Source of the DNA: an uncultured Candidatus Saccharibacteria bacterium
GTDB lineage: Bacteria > Patescibacteriota > Minisyncoccia > Minisyncoccales > Staskawiczbacteraceae
NCBI GenBank assembly: GCA_964362315.1
Contig: CAYIDV010000002.1
Coordinates: 1-41,795 of the forward strand
Direction of reading: 5' to 3'
Length of the DNA stretch: 41,795 nucleotides
Every line of letters starts with the position of its first letter. The first letter of the stretch is position 1. Below the pieces are notes generated by a model, which was given only the letters and a program-made list of their open reading frames with translations, was not told the DNA's origin and ran no database searches. This document shows, one piece after another, positions 1 through 8,625 of this stretch. Position numbers and translations under genes: made by a program.

Positions 1-59
1 CATTTCTTTTCTGAAACTAGTACTACCTAACACATATATTTTCATAGGATTTTATTTTG

Positions 60-131
60 TGCGCGATGAAGGGATCGGACCTTCGACCTCAAAGACGTCA
101 ACTTTGCGCTCTACCACTGAGCTAATCGCGC
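60..131 (-). tRNA. tRNA-Val(GAC)
   Basis: Hand-folded cloverleaf on the minus strand. Acceptor GCGCGAT/ATCGCGC, D arm GCTC-AGTGGTA-GAGC, anticodon arm CAAAG-TTGACGT-CTTTG, T arm GAAGG-TCCGATC-CCTTC (the T loop reads TCC instead of the usual TTC), discriminator A. No encoded CCA. Confidence 0.85.
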
Positions 132-143
132 ATTTATTAGTAG

Positions 144-215
144 TGGACTTGGTAGGATTCGAACCTACAACCTGCCGGATATAAGCCGGATGCTCTGCCA
201 TTGAGCTACAAGTCC
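144..215 (-). tRNA. tRNA-Ile(UAU)
   Basis: Minus strand sequence GGACTTG TA GCTC AATGGCA GAGC A TCCGG CTTATAT CCGGC AGGTT GTAGG TTCGAAT CCTAC CAAGTCC A. The 7-nt anticodon loop CTTATAT places TAT at positions 34-36. Confidence 0.8.
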
Positions 216-218
216 ATA

Positions 219-881
219 TTAAATATATTTATTTGAAATTGCTTTTATACCCATTAACACTTTTTCAGACAATCTCGCATTTCCTAATCTTGTATTACAA
301 GTTCCATGACCGAAACCACCTTTTTGATTGATTCTTAATGAAGAACTTTTCTTTATGTATGGTTTAGAAAACTGATTTTTTGGAATGTTTAAAATTTTTG
401 ACCAAAAAGATAACTCTTTTTCAACATCCATATCATTATATAGATGTAGAGAAAATCTTAATTTTTCTCTAGATATTTTTAATACTTTTTCAATCCAATT
501 GATAAAAAAGTTAATTACAGACGGATCAGTATTAGAAACAGACACATGATTTGACATTGTTTTTCCACCCTCGCCCCAATATAGAAAAAGTCCGGCAATA
601 AAAAGATCTCTTTTACTTAACGGAAAAATTTTCTTTTTTTGCTCAAGATAAAATTCTTTCAATCTTTTTTCTTTTGTTTTTCGTCTTGTTTCTCGGTACC
701 TTTCAATTCTTTTTTCATTATTTCCCCGTAATTCATTTATCTTTTCTCTAGATAAGGGGTAATCTCTAAGCCAATAACTAAGTGTGCTTTTACTTACTTT
801 TAACTTTTTCTTAATCTGGCTATAGCTTAACTCTTGCTTTCTAAGAATTAAAGCTTGTGCTCTTTTCTCTTTTAGCGCCAT
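219..881 (-). CDS. N-terminal HTH fused to a single-motif LAGLIDADG-like endonuclease domain; putative free-standing homing endonuclease
   Basis: 220-aa ORF. The N-terminus LSYSQIKKKLKVSKSTLSYWL looks like a resolvase-type HTH. The motif LFIAGLFLYWGEGGK followed by VSVSNTDPSVINFFINWIEKVL resembles the LAGLIDADG helix plus the following beta strands. Confidence 0.5.
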   Translation of the reverse strand: MALKEKRAQALILRKQELSYSQIKKKLKVSKSTLSYWLRDYPLSREKINELRGNNEKRIERYRETRRKTKEKRLKEFYLEQKKKIFPLSKRDLFIAGLFLYWGEGGKTMSNHVSVSNTDPSVINFFINWIEKVLKISREKLRFSLHLYNDMDVEKELSFWSKILNIPKNQFSKPYIKKSSSLRINQKGGFGHGTCNTRLGNARLSEKVLMGIKAISNKYI

Positions 882-955
882 AATAGAACTTTTAATTTAT
901 AATATTTAAATGTATAAATCGTTAGTTCAATTATAGCATTATTATTTAACAATAA

Positions 956-2839
956 CTATTGTTTGCCCGTTTTTTTATGTTTTATCTCTATTATTTTTTC
1001 GAATTCCTCCCTTTCAATTGTTTCTTTCTCAATTAAAGTTTTAGCAATTTTCTCCAACAGTTTCTTTTTATTTCTGACAATTTGCTGGGCTTTTTTTTCG
1101 GCTCCTTTCAATATTACTTCTACTTCCTTGTCAATTTTGGCAGCTATAATTTCAGAATAATTTCTCTGCTCTGAAATTTCCCTACCCAAAAAAACCAACT
1201 CGTTTCGGTCGCCAAAAACAACTGGCCCCAAAGAAGACATCCCGTACTCTTTGACAATTCTTCTGGCCAATTCGGAGGCCTTCACCAAATCATTTGATGC
1301 GCCGGTAGTCATCTCTTTGAACATCAAACGCTCGGCTGCCATTCCTCCCATCAAAGTGGCTATTTCGGCCAAAAACTGAGTTTTGGTTTTCATTTTATTT
1401 TCCTCCGAAGGTATCTGCAAGGTGTAGCCACCAGCCATTCCCCGCGAAATAATGGAAATTTTTCTTACTGGCTCGGTGCCAGCAATTGAACTAGAAACCA
1501 AAGCGTGGCCAGCTTCGTGCCAGGCAGCAATCTCCTTTTCCCTTTTGGACAACAAATGGCTCTTTCTCTCGGGGCCAAGCAAAACTTTTTCAATAGATTC
1601 CAAAAATTCGTGCTGGAAAATTTGCGTTTTGTTTCTTCTGGCAGCCAGCAGAGCCGCTTCGTTAGCCACATTGGCTAAATCAGCTCCAGAAAACCCGGGG
1701 GTCCGTTCAGCAATTTCTTTAAAGTGCACCCCCTGAGCCAACGGTTTTTCTTTTGAGTGGATTTTTAAAATTTCTTCTCTATCGTAAACATCAGGAGGAT
1801 CCAATATCACTTTCCTGTCAAACCTGCCCGGTCTTAAAAGCGCAGGGTCAAGTATATCTCCTCTGTTGGTAGCCGCCATAACTATTACCCCAGATTCCCT
1901 TTCAAACCCGTCCATTTCCACTAAAATTTGGTTTAAGGTCTGCTCTCTTTCGTCATGGCCACCGCCAATGCCGGCTCCACGATGCCTTCCTATTGCGTCT
2001 AATTCATCAATAAAAATTATTGATGGCGAAGTTTTCTTTGCCATGGAAAACAAGTCTCTTACACGGGCAGACCCTACTCCGACAAACATTTCAACAAACT
2101 CAGAGCCAGAAATTGAAAAGAACGGCACATTTGCCTCACCGGCTACCGCCCTTGCCAAAAGCGTTTTCCCGACTCCAGCCGGCCCCAAAAGCAAAACACC
2201 TCTTGGTATTTTTGCTCCCATTAATAAATACTTTTTGGGAAATTTTAAAAAGTCAACAATTTCTATCAGTTCCTCTTTGGCTTCTTTTAATCCGGCAACG
2301 TCTTTGAAGGTAATCTTTTGCTTTTGATGGCCTTCAGCCCCAAAAATTCTGGCTTTGGCTCTGGTAAAATCAAAGACTTGCACAGCCCCGGCCCTTGCCT
2401 GCTTCATCATAGTCCACAAGAAAAATCCAATAACCAAAACTGGCAAGATACCATAAATCAAAGCTGGCAACAGCCATGACCAAATACTTTCTTGTTCGGG
2501 TCTTACTGAAATTTCCACTTTTTGTAATTTGGCTTCATCAGAACCCAAACTGACCAACAAGTCAGACAACACCGAGTTTGATTCCTTCATTGATTGGGCA
2601 ATTTTATCGTCTGTATACAGAATTTCAATGGCATCTCCCGTAACGGTAATTTTTTTGACTTTTTCTTGATTTATATCGCTGACTAACTGCGAAACTGATA
2701 TTTGGTTTTTGTTTTCTGAAGGCACATAAAGCAAACTAAAAGCTCCCCCGATTGCCAGAAGGATTAAGATGATGAAAACAAAATTTTTAATTAAGGGATT
2801 CAATTTCATATTTAAATTTTTACACTGGTAATATAACAT
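956..2839 (-). CDS. ftsH: ATP-dependent zinc metalloprotease FtsH
   Basis: Walker A GPAGVGKT, Walker B IIFIDELD, second region of homology [18 protein letters not shown], zinc motif HEAGHA, and an N-terminal TM helix. The real start is probably the ATG at 2809 (MKLNPLIK). Confidence 0.97.
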   Translation of the reverse strand: MLYYQCKNLNMKLNPLIKNFVFIILILLAIGGAFSLLYVPSENKNQISVSQLVSDINQEKVKKITVTGDAIEILYTDDKIAQSMKESNSVLSDLLVSLGSDEAKLQKVEISVRPEQESIWSWLLPALIYGILPVLVIGFFLWTMMKQARAGAVQVFDFTRAKARIFGAEGHQKQKITFKDVAGLKEAKEELIEIVDFLKFPKKYLLMGAKIPRGVLLLGPAGVGKTLLARAVAGEANVPFFSISGSEFVEMFVGVGSARVRDLFSMAKKTSPSIIFIDELDAIGRHRGAGIGGGHDEREQTLNQILVEMDGFERESGVIVMAATNRGDILDPALLRPGRFDRKVILDPPDVYDREEILKIHSKEKPLAQGVHFKEIAERTPGFSGADLANVANEAALLAARRNKTQIFQHEFLESIEKVLLGPERKSHLLSKREKEIAAWHEAGHALVSSSIAGTEPVRKISIISRGMAGGYTLQIPSEENKMKTKTQFLAEIATLMGGMAAERLMFKEMTTGASNDLVKASELARRIVKEYGMSSLGPVVFGDRNELVFLGREISEQRNYSEIIAAKIDKEVEVILKGAEKKAQQIVRNKKKLLEKIAKTLIEKETIEREEFEKIIEIKHKKTGKQ

Positions 2840-3052
2840 TATCTGAGATATTTTTCAAATCTTGAAAGGAGTAACCCGCACACTAATTTTGCTATATAAA
2901 ATTATGGCGACGCACTCGTTATACTCGGGCTTATTCAGTCACTGCGCCGCGAGAGTTTATATTTTTGATTGATAATTCAAATACTTTTAAAATTAACATG
3001 GCAAAATTAGTGAGGGGTTGTTTGGCTTTTATTTAATATTTGATGTTGCCAA

Positions 3053-3086
3053 ACAAAAAAAGGGCGCCCTCTACGAGAAGGCGCCT
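3053..3086 (-). terminator. Intrinsic terminator downstream of the 3113..4267 gene
   Basis: On the minus strand, GGCGCC-ttctcgtagag-GGCGCC is followed by a run of eight T (CTTTTTTTT). Confidence 0.6.
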
Positions 3087-3112
3087 GGCGGCGGCATGTG
3101 AATTATCACTTG

Positions 3113-4267
3113 CTACTGCTTGGCGGCGCGCCTTGTGCGGCGTGCCTTGGGAGCTACTTCGGGCTTGGCGTCCGACTGAGGAACATCTTCCGGCTTTGGT
3201 TGTACCGGTCTGGGAAGAGCCAGCATCTTCCACCTACCTTCCAAGCTGAGCCTACGACGGATAAGGTGCTGGATTTGCATCAGCGAATCAAACTCATCCT
3301 TGTTTTCCAGGTACGTCTCCAGATGGAAACCTACGTTCAAGCTACCATCCCACTGTTCTTGAAAGAGCAGTGGCGGAAGCTCATAGGTCTCTCGCGGGAG
3401 GGCAAGTGGCTTGTCGGCTACCCATCCTTCCAATCTGAAGTTGCCTGATTTCTTCTCCTTGTTCAAGAGAAGGGCCAGCAGGCCAACTCCTTTTTCCTGT
3501 CCGTCTTCTTTAGCCCGGAACTTGGTATCGTAGATCACCAAGGATCCAATCTTCATTCCCCGGACAAGCTGGTTCAGGAACTGCTGGTCCGGATCGCTGC
3601 TTAGGGTCGCCTGTTCCAGCAATGGTTTGATTTTGGGCATCACCTCAGCTTGGGTTTTCTCGTAACCCCTGACCGTGCCGACCGCGCTGGTCACAAACGG
3701 CCAAATCAAGTATGCCTTGGCTAAGTTAGTGGGCATGTACCACTGCCCGCTATCCAACGGCCATTGGAACTTCTTGTTCCCCCAGGCGCACCCATCTACT
3801 TTTAAGATAAGACCCTGGGTCTCGATGTTGCCGAGGAAGTTGTTGAGCTGTTCTCGACTGAGAATGGTCCGTGAGGGACGGATGATTTCATCAACCATCT
3901 CTCGAAGATTTCCTAGCAGCGACGGGATGTTTGAAAACTCGTCGATGATGACTAGGGCATCCTCGGAGACTTGTACGCCTCGGGCGATACTCCTGAACAA
4001 CTCCAATTGCTGATCCCATCCCGCTCCTTTCCACTTGCCGAGGTACCACTCGTAAGTGGCTTTGGAGAACGAGTAGTTGATGGAGTCCTGCAGGTTTTGA
4101 ATACAAGTAGCATCGAGAGTGCTAACTGCATCCATGAACATGTCTGCGTTCTTGAACCCTTCCTTAAGCTCGGTCAGAGTCTCTTGCGTTCTCTGGGCCA
4201 GCGAACTTCCCTGTTTGGCCCTAAGCCCTGCAAGTCGCTGACCAAAAGCTGACTGTGGCGTTCCCAT
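3113..4267 (-). CDS. Hypothetical protein, GC-rich, no family recognised; arginine/lysine-rich C-terminal tail
   Basis: 384-aa ORF in a 60-70% GC segment. GAAAGGAAA lies upstream of the ATG. It contains a hhhhDE-like stretch ALVIIDEFSN but I see no Walker A. The C-terminus is PKARRTRRAAKQ. Confidence 0.7.
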   Translation of the reverse strand: MGTPQSAFGQRLAGLRAKQGSSLAQRTQETLTELKEGFKNADMFMDAVSTLDATCIQNLQDSINYSFSKATYEWYLGKWKGAGWDQQLELFRSIARGVQVSEDALVIIDEFSNIPSLLGNLREMVDEIIRPSRTILSREQLNNFLGNIETQGLILKVDGCAWGNKKFQWPLDSGQWYMPTNLAKAYLIWPFVTSAVGTVRGYEKTQAEVMPKIKPLLEQATLSSDPDQQFLNQLVRGMKIGSLVIYDTKFRAKEDGQEKGVGLLALLLNKEKKSGNFRLEGWVADKPLALPRETYELPPLLFQEQWDGSLNVGFHLETYLENKDEFDSLMQIQHLIRRRLSLEGRWKMLALPRPVQPKPEDVPQSDAKPEVAPKARRTRRAAKQ

Positions 4268-4370
4268 GTGTCGTTTCCTTTCGTGGTTTGGTGTTTTCGG
4301 TTACGCTGCCGCCTTGTAGTGTACTGGCCATAATTGTATATAATTAAGTAACTTTTGTCAATAGCTTATG

Positions 4371-4766
4371 CTATCTTGTTAAAACGTCATTTTCTCCGTC
4401 AAAGTATCCTTCGATAGTTTCCACTTCTTCTGGTGTTTCAAAGTAGTGTATAGTATTATTTTTTATGGCTTTTTCTAATAATTCGTTGGAATAAGAAGGT
4501 GTCACTCCTTGGGCACACGAAAGGGTGATATGGGGATATTTATTTTTTGACTTTGGATTATCAACTAATAGGGCATCTCCTTTTTCATCATATGCCCGAG
4601 CTAAAATTTTAATTACTGACTTTTTGCCGATTTCTATCTCGTCCAAATTATCCGGCTTAAAAGCAATAGTAGAATGATGAGCATATACATTTTTGTGTTT
4701 TGGCGGAAATTTTTCCAATAGACTTTTTCTATCTTTAACGAATTGGGCTGTATAGATTATGGTCAT
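4371..4766 (-). CDS. Small 2H phosphoesterase-like protein (two H-x-T/S-x motifs)
   Basis: 131 aa with AHHSTIAF and PHITLSCA about 50 residues apart, the spacing and style of the LigT/CPDase/tRNA-ligase CPD domain. The gene is AT-rich and SD-less like the backbone. Confidence 0.55.
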   Translation of the reverse strand: MTIIYTAQFVKDRKSLLEKFPPKHKNVYAHHSTIAFKPDNLDEIEIGKKSVIKILARAYDEKGDALLVDNPKSKNKYPHITLSCAQGVTPSYSNELLEKAIKNNTIHYFETPEEVETIEGYFDGENDVLTR

Positions 4767-4785
4767 AATTTATTAGTATAACACA

Positions 4786-4829
4786 AAAAGAAAAATCCCC
4801 ACATCGCGCGTTGGCACGGTATGGGGATT
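4786..4829 (-). terminator. Intrinsic terminator downstream of the 4834..5736 gene
   Basis: Minus strand stem AATCCCCA ... TGGGGATT followed by TTTCTTTTTGT. Confidence 0.55.
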
Positions 4830-4833
4830 GGGT

Positions 4834-5736
4834 TTATTGTACAACCTTGACGTTAAGGAGCTTCGGGGGGCGACCCTTCTGACTTCCGAACGCCACCTTG
4901 TCCGAGAAGGAAATGAGCTGTCCAGGGTGCAGACTTTTGACGCCGTCCTCGTCGGGCGATTCGTCAATGTCTACTCCGTGGACCCAGGCATTCTCTCCTT
5001 CCCCGCCGTTTTTCCAGTAATCGAGCGGGTGAAGATTGGCAATGCCTTGGCCTGTTTGTCCTCCGAATAATGAGTACCATTCAACTCGGGCGATTCCTTG
5101 CCCTGGAATTGGTCTCAGGGGAGGATCCAGCTCCTGCAAGGAGCCGTTCCAGTAAGGGAGATGAGCGGTCTCGAGTAGACCTTGAAACTTCTCGTCTTTC
5201 AAGATCCCTTTTCTAACCTCGAATGAGCCCCATGAAGGATCTTCGGGTTTGCCGACGATCTCGCCCTTGCTCTGGTAAAGCTGTCCTCGCCATCGAAACT
5301 TGTTCAAGAGGCGAAAGGTTTCGGCATCGTCATGGGTCACAATGCCGAGTAAGAAACAGTCAAGGTGACCGTTCTCACACAGATGCGAAAGGTCAACGCG
5401 ATTGGGTTTGGCTTCGTGCCAGCTGGTCCATGCGTTTGGACCAACGCGTCTGACCTCAATGTGATCGTGCATGACCCAGGTTTGGACGCCATCCTCGAGT
5501 CCCACTTGTTGAAGAGCGTGACGATGATGGTTACCCTTAGTCTGACCGACGTTTTTCTGGGTGACGACAATCCGACCTTCATCTGGCACGAAGATCACCA
5601 AGTTAAAGCCGTTGGGTTTGACTCCATCGGGAATCTTGAGCACTCCGTGCTCGCCAATCTCCAAGTACTCTCCAGTATTGGAAAGCAACACGCTTGCTGC
5701 GACATCCGCTCCTTCAAACAACCTGACTTGTGCCAT
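4834..5736 (-). CDS. Hypothetical protein with a C-terminal cold-shock-like OB-fold; His-rich N-terminal region
   Basis: 300 aa, GC-rich, with a strong SD AAAGGAGGTG 6 nt before the ATG. The C-terminus GIARVEWY..GQGIA..ENAWVHGVDI..KSLHPGQLISF..KGRPPKLLNVKVV follows the CSD pattern G.V.W...G.GFI...d.FVH...I...L..GQ.V.F....kG..A.nV. The N-terminus has GNHHRH and VMHDH. Confidence 0.6.
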   Translation of the reverse strand: MAQVRLFEGADVAASVLLSNTGEYLEIGEHGVLKIPDGVKPNGFNLVIFVPDEGRIVVTQKNVGQTKGNHHRHALQQVGLEDGVQTWVMHDHIEVRRVGPNAWTSWHEAKPNRVDLSHLCENGHLDCFLLGIVTHDDAETFRLLNKFRWRGQLYQSKGEIVGKPEDPSWGSFEVRKGILKDEKFQGLLETAHLPYWNGSLQELDPPLRPIPGQGIARVEWYSLFGGQTGQGIANLHPLDYWKNGGEGENAWVHGVDIDESPDEDGVKSLHPGQLISFSDKVAFGSQKGRPPKLLNVKVVQ

Positions 5737-5761
5737 TGGGCACCTCCTTTCCTGTGCGTGG

Positions 5762-6667
5762 TTAGACGGGAGACTCCAGCGCCAACATAGCTAACGCCAG
5801 GGCGCCATTCTTGCTTTGTGCTGCGGCAATGAATCGCGAGTTGTGGCAGAACGCGGCATCTGGCACACCGGTTATTCCCTGAAAATCGGCCTTCTCTTTG
5901 CCGGCCCAATTTTGGGGAAGATATCGGCGAGCCTTCAGGATGCCCCTGCTTTCTTGCACGACTCGTACCGTCCACTGACCGCCAGTGGGCACAATCATAA
6001 ACAAAACGTACGGTGCGTTGTCTAGGATCAATTCCTGCCGTGGGCAGGAACGATCAAGAACGATGATGGGCGACTGGCCTGCTTTTGACAGGGCGCGATC
6101 AATTGTTTCCTTGGCAATGGCAGCGCCTTCAGCCGTGACGATCTCATTTTCCAAAGCGACCATGGCATATCCCACAGCATCATGGAACCTCTTGTCGAAG
6201 TCCCGTTGCTGGGGTTTTTTGTGCCAGGGCGGATTGAAGGCCGAGATGGCGTCGGAGATTGAGTATGGAGCTATATTCGGATAGTTCAGTTCCGGATACA
6301 GATCATGCCCAACATCGCGAGAGTCAACTGTCTGGACAAGGCGTTCATCAACCACCGTGGCGTGTGAGAGCGAACCGCAGAGCTTAGCTCCGTAGTTAGC
6401 CCACACCAGGCCAAAAGAGGCATACGGAACGCCATTGGGCCGGACTCCCGCTCCTCCTTCCTGGTGATGGTCAAAATCACCAGTCTCGGGATTGTACTTC
6501 CTGCCGATGTCAATCCTCGCATCGGCTCTGGCCAAAGTGGCGGGATCAGCAAACGTAGCAGGATTGATACTTCTCGTGAGAGAAGTAACCAATCCCAAGA
6601 GACGGAGCGTCGCCATCGCAAAAACATCGTCGGCATGAAACAGGTTGCCATGGGTGACCACGTGCAT
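5762..6667 (-). CDS. MYG1 family (UPF0160) metal-dependent exonuclease/hydrolase, DHH superfamily
   Basis: MHVVTHGNLFHADDVFA matches the MYG1 N-terminal THxGxFHADE motif, and DIGRKYNPETGDFDHHQ matches the D-G...FDHHQ motif. I place the start at ATG 6667, preceded by AAGGAG, rather than at the ORF-track start 6733. Confidence 0.8.
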   Translation of the reverse strand: MHVVTHGNLFHADDVFAMATLRLLGLVTSLTRSINPATFADPATLARADARIDIGRKYNPETGDFDHHQEGGAGVRPNGVPYASFGLVWANYGAKLCGSLSHATVVDERLVQTVDSRDVGHDLYPELNYPNIAPYSISDAISAFNPPWHKKPQQRDFDKRFHDAVGYAMVALENEIVTAEGAAIAKETIDRALSKAGQSPIIVLDRSCPRQELILDNAPYVLFMIVPTGGQWTVRVVQESRGILKARRYLPQNWAGKEKADFQGITGVPDAAFCHNSRFIAAAQSKNGALALAMLALESPV

Positions 6668-6772
6668 AAAGCACTCCTTTCGGTGAGGGGTGTTGTTATT
6701 GAAAAAAAAGTTTTCAAAGGGCGGGAGAAACATAGTTGTATTAATACTATGACTCTCCTGCTTTTTGAAATT

Positions 6773-7732
6773 CTATCTCTGTGTTTTATTAGATAGAGCT
6801 TCTTTTATGAACTTTTTTATTCTTTCTAATGGAATTAATGTCGGTTCAATGCCTTTAGGATTAGTTCCGCCGTTTAAAATTGAATTAGTGGCTCGATCGT
6901 AATACCATTCGGGAACACCAAGAACTTTTCCTGGTTTCATTAAGTCAGAAGTTAAATACCTTAACTTCTTTCCTCTGATAATTGCTTCTTCGTTCCTTAA
7001 GTAAGCAGCCAACCATCTTAGGTCAACTTTTTTTAACGGTCTTGTCATTATATTCACATATCCAGATGACATTTTTTGGCAGACAACATCTGATTTTATT
7101 CCCTGGGAAGATCTTAGCCAGCCGGCAATGCTCATGTTATCGGATTCCAATAACACTACCTTCAAATCTTTTTTGCCTTGTTTTACTTCAAATACTTCAG
7201 CTTCTTTCTTTTCCAATTTTTCCTTAAATTCTCCGGGTATTTCTTCTGTTCTCTTTCTTTCTTCAATGTAATGAGCTTTCAGTAAAATTAAAATTATTTC
7301 TATAATTTTTTCCGGTTTTCCTGGAAAACTTTTATTTAAAGAAGTAATTAACCCTGATAACCCAAATGCCTTATCTAAGGGATCTTGAGAAATCGTACCC
7401 TTTCCATATTTGTCATCCCTTTCGCTATAGGCCAAAAGCTTCTGGATGGCTGGATTGCTAGAAATTTCCAAATCATTGGCAATCAGTTCGGATAAGGTTT
7501 TCATTGTTTGATGATGGTCAAACCTACCTTTTCCTACGTCTAAAACCAATACTCCTTTTCCCTCTAGTGAGGATGCTGTTTCTCCCTTAGGAAGCTCTTG
7601 CAAAATTTCCACTATTGCCTTTTCAATGCCAGGATACTTTTGTTGGCCAAAGTTTTTCAAAAGAAAAATGCCTACAATCGTGTCTGGCTGGGGCCGAGTG
7701 GGAATAATAATCTTTTGGAATGAATTTATCAT
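6773..7732 (-). CDS. Divergent MYG1/DHH-like paralog, AT-rich
   Basis: 319 aa. It retains LDVGKGRFDHHQ, but the N-terminal THxGxFHADE motif is replaced by IPTRPQPDTIVG. Confidence 0.55.
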   Translation of the reverse strand: MINSFQKIIIPTRPQPDTIVGIFLLKNFGQQKYPGIEKAIVEILQELPKGETASSLEGKGVLVLDVGKGRFDHHQTMKTLSELIANDLEISSNPAIQKLLAYSERDDKYGKGTISQDPLDKAFGLSGLITSLNKSFPGKPEKIIEIILILLKAHYIEERKRTEEIPGEFKEKLEKKEAEVFEVKQGKKDLKVVLLESDNMSIAGWLRSSQGIKSDVVCQKMSSGYVNIMTRPLKKVDLRWLAAYLRNEEAIIRGKKLRYLTSDLMKPGKVLGVPEWYYDRATNSILNGGTNPKGIEPTLIPLERIKKFIKEALSNKTQR

Positions 7733-7817
7733 ACCTTTCTAATTATATACTTTATGTTATTATATGTCAAGTATCAAAAAACGGCCCTCTAAAGTGTCGT
7801 CTTTGTCTTTAAAATAT

Positions 7818-7946
7818 TTATTTCTTGCTGGATAATTTTAAACTCATCCGATGTTCCTTGGGTTCGATTAATAAAACCTCAAAATCGTAGGTTTCGCCAA
7901 CTTTTAAAGATTCTTCTATTTTTTTGGCAGAACTAAATTCGGAAAT
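7818..7946 (-). pseudogene. Relic copy of the rpsA 3' end (last 42 codons plus stop)
   Basis: The minus-strand translation ISEFSSAKKIEESLKVGETYDFEVLLIEPKEHRMSLKLSSKK* matches the S1 C-terminus ISEFKSQKEMEESLKAGETYDFEILLIEPKEHRMSLKLVIKK* at 34 of 42 positions. In-frame stops lie immediately upstream. Confidence 0.85.
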
Positions 7947-7962
7947 TTAAGCTTTTTATATT

Positions 7963-8625
7963 TTATGAAAAGATATCATCTTTTAACTTATTGGCTTCTT
8001 TGATAAAAAAACTTTGCCACTCTTCAGGTGACACATTTGCAATCATCAGAGGTAAATCAGTTGCTATCCTTGATTTTACAAATTGCGCTCCGAGAGTGAT
8101 TGGATCAACATGCCAATCAAATTTTACTTTTGCTAAAGAAATAAGATCTTTTATAGAATAGTGATTTTTTTTAATAATGCAGTATAGGTCAATATAATCC
8201 CTGGCTTTTGTCCTTTGATAAATCGTAAAAAGCTTATTTACCGCAATATCTTTAAGGCTGTCAATTTCCACACCGTACTGTTTTTCCCCTTTTTCGATTC
8301 TTGTGAAAGGAAAGTAGGTAAATTCCACTTTTAAGTTTTCGTCGGGAAAATTTATAAAAAAAATATTGCGATTAAAACTTTGTTGAAGTTCAAACGTATC
8401 ATAACCTATCACCATTTTATTTTTCTTTAAAAAGGATTGAATTGATAATAGATCCACTTCGTGCTCCGAAAAAAAGTCCAGGTCTTCAGAATAGCGATGC
8501 TGTAAATAAAAAACTGCTAAAGGCGTTCCTCCGGTCAAATAAAAACTCTTGACAATGTTTTTTTCTTTGCCAATGATATCAAGAAACGCCATTTGCCTTT
8601 TAGAAAGCATCTGATCCATGATCAA
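7963..8625 (-). CDS. Nucleotidyltransferase, AbiEii/AbiGii (DUF1814) toxin family
   Basis: 220 aa with the LTGGTPLAVFYLQHRYSEDLDFF motif typical of the family. It overlaps the upstream small gene. Confidence 0.75.
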   Translation of the reverse strand: MIMDQMLSKRQMAFLDIIGKEKNIVKSFYLTGGTPLAVFYLQHRYSEDLDFFSEHEVDLLSIQSFLKKNKMVIGYDTFELQQSFNRNIFFINFPDENLKVEFTYFPFTRIEKGEKQYGVEIDSLKDIAVNKLFTIYQRTKARDYIDLYCIIKKNHYSIKDLISLAKVKFDWHVDPITLGAQFVKSRIATDLPLMIANVSPEEWQSFFIKEANKLKDDIFS

